Source: Auanema rhodensis (Eukaryota; Animalia; Nematoda). Taken from it: a DNA stretch of 64,000 nt. Positions within the stretch are counted from its first letter, which is position 1, and each line of letters opens with the position of its first letter. The notes below the pieces were generated by a model. That model had not been told where the DNA came from and made no database searches. It saw nothing but the letters and a program-made list of their open reading frames with translations. The position numbers were made by a program, and so were the translations under genes. Of the stretch, positions 54,601 to 64,000 are shown piece after piece. Location: positions 1,116,001-1,180,000 of the forward strand of contig OZ059898.1 in assembly GCA_964057225.1 (NCBI GenBank), given 5' to 3'.

Positions 54601-57600
54601 GATTTTCACCCTGAAGAATTAATTTTTTCGTTGAATAACATTATCCATCGTCTTTGCCTTGAAAAATGGAATCTAAAAACATCTACTTTTTGCTAAATTA
54701 TTTTGAAATTTTTCGAAAAAATTTTTGTCAAAATGTTTTTGGAAGCAATGTTGAGTGTACATGGAAACTCAACATACACTAATGCATCATTTTTCAAACG
54801 ATCATAACTAATTTTTGTATTAAGCGTTTCTCAATGTAGTATAGTGCATTTGATGCGGATTTTTAAGCTGCGTCGATCTGTGTTATCAGATTTGCGCTAG
54901 CTTTAAAATGCACCGAGATATCAACTGATATAAGTTCACACTTATATCCTCGATTTTCACCCTGAAGAATTAATTTTTTCGTTGAATAACATTGTCCATC
55001 GTCTTTGCCTTGAGAAAAGGAATCTAAAAACATCTACTTTTTGCTAAATTATTTTGAAATTTTTTGAAAAAATTTTTGTCAAAATGTTTTTGGAAGCAAT
55101 GTTGAGTGTACATGGAAACTCAACATACACTAATGCATCATTTTTCAAACGATCATAACTAATTTTTGTATTAAGCGTTTCTCAATGTAGTATAGTGCAT
55201 TCGATGCGGATTTTTAAGCTGCGTCGATCTGTGTTATCAGATTTGCGCTAGCTTTAAAATGCACCGAGATATCAACTGATATAAGTTCACACTTATATCC
55301 TCGATTTTCACCCTGAAGAATTAATTTTTTCGTTGAATAACATTGTCCATCGTCTTTGCCTTGAAAAATGGAATCTAAAAACATCTACTTTTTGCTAAAT
55401 TATCTTGAAATTTTTCGAAAAAATTTTTGTCAAAATGTTTTTGGAAGCAATGTTGAGTGTACATGGAAACTCAACATACACTAATGCATCATTTTTCAAA
55501 CGATCATAACTAATTTTTGTATTAAGCGTTTCTCAATGTAATATAGTGCATTCGATGCGGATTTTTAAGCTGCGTCGATCTGTGTTATCAGATTTGCGCT
55601 AGCTTAAAAATGCACCGAGATATCAACTGATATAAGTTCACACTTATATCCTCGATTTTCACCCTGAAGAATTAATTTTTTCGTTGAATAACATTGTCCA
55701 TCGTCTTTGCCTTGAAAAAAGGAATCTAAAAACATCTACTTTTTGCTAAATTATTTTGAAATTTTTCGAAAAAATTTTTGTCAAAATGTTTTTGGAAGCA
55801 ATGTTGAGTGTACATGGAAACTCAACATACACTAATGCATCATTTTTCAAACGATCATAACTAATTTTTGTATTAAGCGTTTCTCAATGTAGTGTAGTGC
55901 ATTCGATGCGGATTTTTAAGCTGCGTCGATCTGTGTTATCAGATTTGCGCTAGCTTAAAAATGCACCGAGATATCAACTGATATAAGTTCACACTTATGT
56001 CCTCGATTTTCACCCTGAAGAATTAATTTTTTCGTTGAATAACATTGTCCATCGTCTTTGCCTTGAGAAAAGGAATCTAAAAACATCTACTTTTTGCTAA
56101 ATTATTTTGAAATTTTTTGAAAAAATTTTTGTCAAAATGTTTTTGGAAGCAATGTTGAGTGTACATGGAAACTCAACATACACTAATGCATCATTTTTCA
56201 AACGATCATAACTAATTTTTGTATTAAGCGTTTCTCAATGTAGTATAGTGCATTCGATGCGGATTTTTAAGCTGCGTCGATCTGTGTTATCAGATTTGCG
56301 CTAGCTTTAAAATGCACCGAGATATCAACTGATATAAGTTCACACTTATATCCTCGATTTTCACCCTGAAGAATTAATTTTTTCGTTGAATAACATTGTC
56401 CATCGTCTTTGCCTTGAAAAAAGGAATCTAAAAACATCTACTTTTTGCTAAATTATTTTCAAATTTTTCGAAAAAATTTTTGTCAAAATGTTTTTGGAAG
56501 CAATGTTGAGTGTACATGGAAACTCAACATACACTAATGCATCATTTTTCAAACGATCTTAACTAATTTTTGTATTAAGCGTTTCTCAATGTAATATAGT
56601 GCATTCGATGCGGATTTTTAAGCTGCGTCGATCTGTGTTATCAGATTTGCGCTAGCTTAAAAATGCACCGAGATATCAACTGATATAAGTTCACACTTAT
56701 ATCCTCGATTTTCACCCTGAAGAATTAATTTTTTCGTTGAATAACATTGTCCATCGTCTTTGCCTTGAAAAAAGGAATCTAAAAACATCTACTTTTTGCT
56801 AAATTATTTTGAAATTTTTCGAAAAAATTTTTGTCAAAATGTTTTTGGAAGCAATGTTGAGTGTACATGGAAACTCAACATACACTAATGCATCATTTTT
56901 CAAACGATCATAACTAATTTTTGTATTAAGCGTTTCTCAATGTAGTATAGTGCATTCGATGCGGATTTTTAAGCTGCGTCGATCTGTGTTATCAGATTTG
57001 CGCTAGCTTAAAAATGCACCGAGATATCAACTGATATAAGTTCACACTTATGTCCTCGATTTTCACCCTGAAGAATTAATTTTTTCGTTGAATAACATTG
57101 TCCATCGTCTTTGCCTTGAGAAAAGGAATCTAAAAACATCTACTTTTTGCTAAATTATTTTGAAATTTTTTGAAAAAATTTTTGTCAAAATGTTTTTGGA
57201 AGCAATGTTGAGTGTACATGGAAACTCAACATACACTAATGCATCATTTTTCAAACGATCATAACTAATTTTTGTATTAAGCGTTTCTCAATGTAGTATA
57301 GTGCATTCGATGCGGATTTTTAAGCTGCGTCGATCTGTGTTATCAGATTTGCGCTAGCTTTAAAATGCACCGAGATATCAACTGATATAAGTTCACACTT
57401 ATATCCTCGATTTTCACCCTGAAGAATTAATTTTTTCGTTGAATAACATTGTCCATCGTCTTTGCCTTGAAAAAAGGAATCTAAAAACATCTACTTTTTG
57501 CTAAATTATTTTCAAATTTTTCGAAAAAATTTTTGTCAAAATGTTTTTGGAAGCAATGTTGAGTGTACATGGAAACTCAACATACACTAATGCATCATTT

Positions 57601-58968
57601 TTCAAACGATCATAACTAATTTTTGTATTAAGCGTTTCTCAATGTAATATAGTGCATTCGATGCGGATTTTTAAGCTGCGTCGATCTGTGTTATCAGATT
57701 TGCGCTAGCTTAAAAATGCACCGAGATATCAACTGATATAAGTTCACACTTATATCCTCGATTTTCACCCTGAAGAATTAATTTTTTCGTTGAATAACAT
57801 TGTCCATCGTCTTTGCCTTGAAAAAAGGAATCTAAAAACATCTACTTTTTGCTAAATTATTTTGAAATTTTTTGAAAAAATTTTTGTCAAAATGTTTTTG
57901 GAAGCAATGTTGAGTGTACATGGAAACTCAACATACACTAATGCATCATTTTTCAAACGATCATAACTAATTTTTGTATTAAGCGTTTCTCAATGTAGTA
58001 TAGTGCATTTGATGCGGATTTTTAAGCTGCGTCGATCTGTGTTATCAGATTTGCGCTAGCTTTAAAATGCACCGAGATATCAACTGATATAAGTTCACAC
58101 TTATATCCTCGATTTTCACCCTGAAGAATTAATTTTTTCGTTGAATAACATTGTCCATCGTCTTTGCCTTGAGAAAAGGAATCTAAAAACATCTACTTTT
58201 TGCTAAATTATTTTGAAATTTTTTGAAAAAATTTTTGTCAAAATGTTTTTGGAAGCAATGTTGAGTGTACATGGAAACTCAACATACACTAATGCATCAT
58301 TTTTCAAACGATCATAACTAATTTTTGTATTAAGCGTTTCTCAATGTAGTATAGTGCATTCGATGCGGATTTTTAAGCTGCGTCGATCTGTGTTATCAGA
58401 TTTGCGCTAGCTTTAAAATGCACCGAGATATCAACTGATATAAGTTCACACTTATATCCTCGATTTTCACCCTGAAGAATTAATTTTTTCGTTGAATAAC
58501 ATTGTCCATCGTCTTTGCCTTGAAAAAAGGAATCTAAAAACATCTACTTTTTGCTAAATTATTTTCAAATTTTTCGAAAAAATTTTTGTCAAAATGTTTT
58601 TGGAAGCAATGTTGAGTGTACATGGAAACTCAACATACACTAATGCATCATTTTTCAAACGATCATAACTAATTTTTGTATTAAGCGTTTCTCAATGTAG
58701 TATAGTGCATTTGATGCGGATTTTTAAGCTGCGTCGATCTGTGTTATCAGATTTGCGCTAGCTTTAAAATGCACCGAGATATCAACTGATATAAGTTCAC
58801 ACTTATATCCTCGATTTTCACCCTGAAGAATTAATTTTTTCGTTGAATAACATTGTCCATCGTCTTTGCCTTGAAAAAAGGAATCTAAAAACATCTACTT
58901 TTTGCTAAATTATTTTGAAATTTTTCGAAAAAATTTTTGTCAAAATGTTTTTGGAAGCAATGTTGAGT
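45631..58968. repeat. Variant domain IV (monomers 131-168), dominated by 3-monomer HORs (1053 bp)
   Basis: Markers are G190+A238, G258+T309 and C300. 3-mers occur at 48088-50193 (G172 in monomers 138 and 141), 52300-55458 (G190/A238 in 150, 153, 156) and 55459-57564. Confidence 0.82.
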
Positions 58969-61900
58969 GTACATGGAAACTCAACATACACTAATGCATC
59001 ATTTTTCAAACGATCATAACTAATTTTTGTATCAAGCGTTTCTCAATGTAGTAGAGTGCATTCGATGCGGATTTTTAAGCTGCGTCGATCTGTGTTATCA
59101 GATTTGCGCTAGCTTAAAAATGCACCGAGATATCAACTGATATAAGTTTACACATATATCCTCGATTTTCACCCTGAAGAATTAATTTTTTCGTTGAATA
59201 ACATTGTCCATCGTCTTTGCCTTGAAAAATGGAATCTAAAAACATCTACTTTTTGCTGAATTATTTTGAAATTTTTCGAAAAAATTTTTGTCAAAATGTT
59301 TTTGGAAGCAATGTTGAGTGTACATGGAAACTCAACATACACTAATGCATCATTTTTCAAACGATCATAACTAATTTTTGTATAAAGCGTTTCTCAATGT
59401 AGTATAGTGCATTCGATGCGGATTGTTAAGCTGCGTCGATCTGTGTTATCAGATTTGCGCTAGCTTAAAAATGCACCGAGATATCAACTGATATAAGTTC
59501 ACACTTATATCCTCGATTTTCACCCTGAAGAATTAATTTTTTCGTTGATTAACATTGTCCATCGTCTTTGCCTTGAAAAATGGAATCTAAAAACATCTAC
59601 TTTTTGCTGAATTATTTTGAAATTTTTCGAAAAAATTTTTGTCAAAATGTTTTTGGAAGCAATGTTGAGTGTACATGGAAACTCAACATACACTAATGCA
59701 TCATTTTTCAAACGATCATAACTAATTTTTGTATTAAGCGTTTCTCAATGTAGTATAGTGCATTCGATGCGGATTTTTAAGCTGCGTCGATCTGTGTTAT
59801 CAGATTTGCGCTAGCTTAAAAATGCACCGAGATATCAACTGATATAAGTTCACACTTATATCCTCGATTTTCACCCTGAAGAATTAATTTTTTCGTTGAA
59901 TAACATTGTCTATCGTCTTTGCCTTGAAAAATGGAATCTAAAAACATCTACTTTTTGCTAAATTATTTTGAAATTTTTCGAAAAAATTTTTGTCAAAATG
60001 TTTTTGGAAGCAATGTTGAGTGTACATGGAAACTCAACATACACTAATGCATCATTTTTCAAACGATCATAACTAATTTTTGTATCAAGCGTTTCTCAAT
60101 GTAGTATAGTGCATTCGATGCGGATTTTTAAGCTGCGTCGATCTGTGTTATCAGATTTGCGCTAGCTTAAAAATGCACCGAGATATCAACTGATATAAGT
60201 TCACACTTATATCCTCGATTTTCACCCTGAAGAATTAATTTTTTCGTTGAATAACATTGTCCATCGTCTTTGCCTTAAAAAAAGGAATCTAAAAACATCT
60301 ACTTTTTGCTAAATTATTTTGAAATTTTTTGAAAAAATTTTTGTCAAAATGTTTTTGGAAGCAATGTTGAGTGTACATGGAAACTCAACATACACTAATG
60401 CATCATTTTTCAAACGATCATAACTAATTTTTGTATTAAGCGTTTCTCAATGTTATATAGTGCATTCGATGCGGATTTTTAAGCTGCGTCGATCTGTGTT
60501 ATCAGATTTGCGCTAGCTTAAAAATGCACCGAGATATCAACTGATATAAGTTCACACTTATATCCTCGATTTTCACCCTGAAGAATTAATTTTTTCGTTG
60601 AATAACATTGTCCATCGTCTTTGCCTTGAAAAATGGAATCTAAAAACATCTACTTTTTGCTAAATTATTTTGAAATTTTTTGAAAAAATTTTTGTCAAAA
60701 TGTTTTTGGAAGCAATGTTGAGTGTACATGGAAACTCAACATACACTAATGCATCATTTTTCAAACGATCATAACTAATTTTTGTATTAAGCGTTTCTCA
60801 ATGTAGTATAGTGCATTCGATGCGGATTTTTAAGCTGCGTCGATCTGTGTTATCAGATTTGCGCTAGCTTTAAAATGCACCGAGATATCAACTGATATAA
60901 GTTCACACTTATATCCTCGATTTTCACCCTGAAGAATTAATTTTTTCGTTGAATAACATTGTCCATCGTCTTTGCCTTGAAAAAAGGAATCTAAAAACAT
61001 CTACTTTTTGCTAAATTATTTTCAAATTTTTCGAAAAAATTTTTGTCAAAATGTTTTTGGAAGCAATGTTGAGTGTACATGGAAACTCAACATACACTAA
61101 TGCATCATTTTTCAAACGATCATAACTAATTTTTGTATTAAGCGTTTCTCAATGTAGTATAGTGCATTCGATGCGGATTTTTAAGCTGCGTCGATCTGTG
61201 TTATCAGATTTGCGCTAGCTTAAAAATGCACCGAGATATCAACTGATATAAGTTCACACTTATATCCTCGATTTTCACCCTGAAGAATTAATTTTTTCGT
61301 TGAATAACATTGTCCATCGTCTTTGCCTTGAAAAATGGAATCTAAAAACATCTACTTTTTGCTGAATTATTTTGAAATTTTTCGAAAAAATTTTTGTCAA
61401 AATGTTTTTGGAAGCAATGTTGAGTGTACATGGAAACTCAACATACACTAATGCATCATTTTTCAAACGATCATAACTAATTTTTGTATTAAGCGTTTCT
61501 CAATGTAGTATAGTGCATTCGATGCGGATTTTTAAGCTGCGTCGATCTGTGTTATCAGATTTGCGCTAGCTTAAAAATGCACCGAGATATCAACTGATAT
61601 AAGTTCACACTTATATCCTCGATTTTCACCCTGAAGAATTAATTTTTTCGTTGAATAACATTGTCCATCGTCTTTGCCTTGAAAAATGGAATCTAAAAAC
61701 ATCTACTTTTTGCTAAATTATTTTGAAATTTTTCGAAAAAATTTTTGTCAAAATGTTTTTGGAAGCAATGTTGAGTGTACATGGAAACTCAACATACACT
61801 AATGCATCATTTTTCAAACGATCATAACTAATTTTTGTATCAAGCGTTTCTCAATGTAGTATAGTGCATTCGATGCGGATTTTTAAGCTGCGTCGATCTG

Positions 61901-64000
61901 TGTTATCAGATTTGCGCTAGCTTAAAAATGCACCGAGATATCAACTGATATAAGTTCACACTTATATCCTCGATTTTCACCCTGAAGAATTAATTTTTTC
62001 GTTGAATAACATTGTCCATCGTCTTTGCCTTGAAAAAAGGAATCTAAAAACATCTACTTTTTGCTAAATTATTTTGAAATTTTTTGAAAAAATTTTTGTC
62101 AAAATGTTTTTGGAAGCAATGTTGAGTGTACATGGAAACTCAACATACACTAATGCATCATTTTTCAAACGATCATAACTAATTTTTGTATTAAGCGTTT
62201 CTCAATGTAATATAGTGCATTCGATGCGGATTTTTAAGCTGCGTCGATCTGTGTTATCAGATTTGCGCTAGCTTAAAAATGCACCGAGATATCAACTGAT
62301 ATAAGTTCACACTTATATCCTCGATTTTCACCCTGAAGAATTAATTTTTTCGTTGAATAACATTGTCCATCGTCTTTGCCTTGAAAAATGGAATCTAAAA
62401 ACATCTACTTTTTGCTAAATTATCTTGAAATTTTTCGAAAAAATTTTTGTCAAAATGTTTTTGGAAGCAATGTTGAGTGTACATGGAAACTCAACATACA
62501 CTAATGCATCATTTTTCAAACGATCATAACTAATTTTTGTATTAAGCGTTTCTCAATGTAATATAGTGCATTCGATGCGGATTTTTAAGCTGCGTCGATC
62601 TGTGTTATCAGATTTGCGCTAGCTTAAAAATGCACCGAGATATCAACTGATATAAGTTCACACTTATATCCTCGATTTTCACCCTGAAGAATTAATTTTT
62701 TCGTTGAATAACATTGTCCATCGTCTTTGCCTTGAAAAAAGGAATCTAAAAACATCTACTTTTTGCTAAATTATTTTGAAATTTTTCGAAAAAATTTTTG
62801 TCAAAATGTTTTTGGAAGCAATGTTGAGTGTACATGGAAACTCAACATACACTAATGCATCATTTTTCAAACGATCATAACTAATTTTTGTATAAAGCGT
62901 TTCTCAATGTAGTATAGTGCATTCGATGCGGATTTTTAAGCTGCGTCGATCTGTGTTATCAGATTTGCGCTAGCTTAAAAATGCACCGAGATATCAACTG
63001 ATATAAGTTCACACTTATATCCTCGATTTTCACCCTGAAGAATTAATTTTTTCGTTGATTAACATTGTCCATCGTCTTTGCCTTGAAAAATGGAATCTAA
63101 AAACATCTACTTTTTGCTGAATTATTTTGAAATTTTTCGAAAAAATTTTTGTCAAAATGTTTTTGGAAGCAATGTTGAGTGTACATGGAAACTCAACATA
63201 CACTAATGCATCATTTTTCAAACGATCATAACTAATTTTTGTATTAAGCGTTTCTCAATGTAGTATAGTGCATTCGATGCGGATTTTTAAGCTGCGTCGA
63301 TCTGTGTTATCAGATTTGCGCTAGCTTAAAAATGCACCGAGATATCAACTGATATAAGTTCACACTTATATCCTCGATTTTCACCCTGAAGAATTAATTT
63401 TTTCGTTGAATAACATTGTCCATCGTCTTTGCCTTGAAAAAAGGAATCTAAAAACATCTACTTTTTGCTAAATTATTTTGAAATTTTTTGAAAAAATTTT
63501 TGTCAAAATGTTTTTGGAAGCAATGTTGAGTGTACATGGAAACTCAACATACACTAATGCATCATTTTTCAAACGATCATAACTAATTTTTGTATTAAGC
63601 GTTTCTCAATGTAGTATAGTGCATTTGATGCGGATTTTTAAGCTGCGTCGATCTGTGTTATCAGATTTGCGCTAGCTTTAAAATGCACCGAGATATCAAC
63701 TGATATAAGTTCACACTTATATCCTCGATTTTCACCCTGAAGAATTAATTTTTTCGTTGAATAACATTGTCCATCGTCTTTGCCTTGAAAAAAGGAATCT
63801 AAAAACATCTACTTTTTGCTAAATTATTTTGAAATTTTTTGAAAAAATTTTTGTCAAAATGTTTTTGGAAGCAATGTTGAGTGTACATGGAAACTCAACA
63901 TACACTAATGCATCATTTTTCAAACGATCATAACTAATTTTTGTATTAAGCGTTTCTCAATGTAGTATAGTGCATTTGATGCGGATTTTTAAGCTGCGTC
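58969..64000. repeat. Variant domain V (monomers 169-183)
   Basis: G290 (monomers 169, 170, 175, 180) and A65+T230 (170, 180) occur only here; C65 is frequent. Confidence 0.75.

Larger units (their letters stand above)
1..64000. repeat. Tandem satellite DNA array, 351-bp monomer, ~182.3 copies, head-to-tail, single orientation, extending beyond both window edges
   Basis: GTACATGGAAACTCAACATAC recurs at 1, 352, 703 and onward, and is exactly in phase at 7021, 14041, 21061, 28081, 35101, 42121, 49141, 56161 and 63181 (=1+180*351). 182*351=63882, leaving a 118-bp partial copy. No non-satellite sequence was seen. Confidence 0.99.

Noticed and set aside
59169-63221. Four 63-aa minus-strand ORFs (59169-59360, 59520-59711, 61275-61466, 63030-63221)
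   Set aside because: They exist only because A290>G turns a TAG stop into CAG in monomers 169, 170, 175 and 180. The start is TTG rather than ATG, the other ~178 copies keep the stop, and the K/F/I/N-rich peptide reflects A/T tracts with no recognisable domain.
1-64000. Monomer length is a multiple of 3 (117 codons), suggesting a giant repetitive protein
   Set aside because: The ORF track shows nothing longer than 63 aa, so no frame stays open across a monomer.
1-64000. CRISPR array
   Set aside because: There are no unique spacers (the whole 351 bp repeats) and no cas genes.
1-64000. Synthetic concatemer or collapsed-assembly artefact; hidden insertion or inversion
   Set aside because: Hierarchically shared, position-clustered variants and chimeric monomers are typical of natural array evolution. 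Constant phase and orientation leave no room for an insertion or strand switch.

Overview
The whole 64 kb window is one uninterrupted head-to-tail tandem array of an AT-rich (~31% GC, counted on monomer 1) 351-bp satellite monomer: 182 complete copies plus a 118-bp partial copy, all in one orientation. Monomer n starts at 1+351*(n-1). No net indel is visible and copies differ only by a few substitutions. I find no supportable genes, RNA genes, transposon insertions or CRISPR array. The four listed 63-aa ORFs arise from one stop-loss substitution in the satellite. I cannot assign the monomer to a named family or species; it looks like a eukaryotic (plausibly invertebrate) centromeric or pericentromeric satellite. 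Three kinds of hidden structure stand out. (1) The monomer is largely built from inverted repeats, including a ~60-nt pre-miRNA-shaped hairpin and two perfect 9-bp stems. (2) It may derive from an ancient dimer of a ~160-190 bp unit. (3) Diagnostic substitutions divide the array into five successive variant domains with local 3-, 4- and 5-mer higher-order repeats (HORs), chimeric monomers and a ~8 kb super-period. Positions written pNNN are offsets within the monomer. All variant typing was done by eye.
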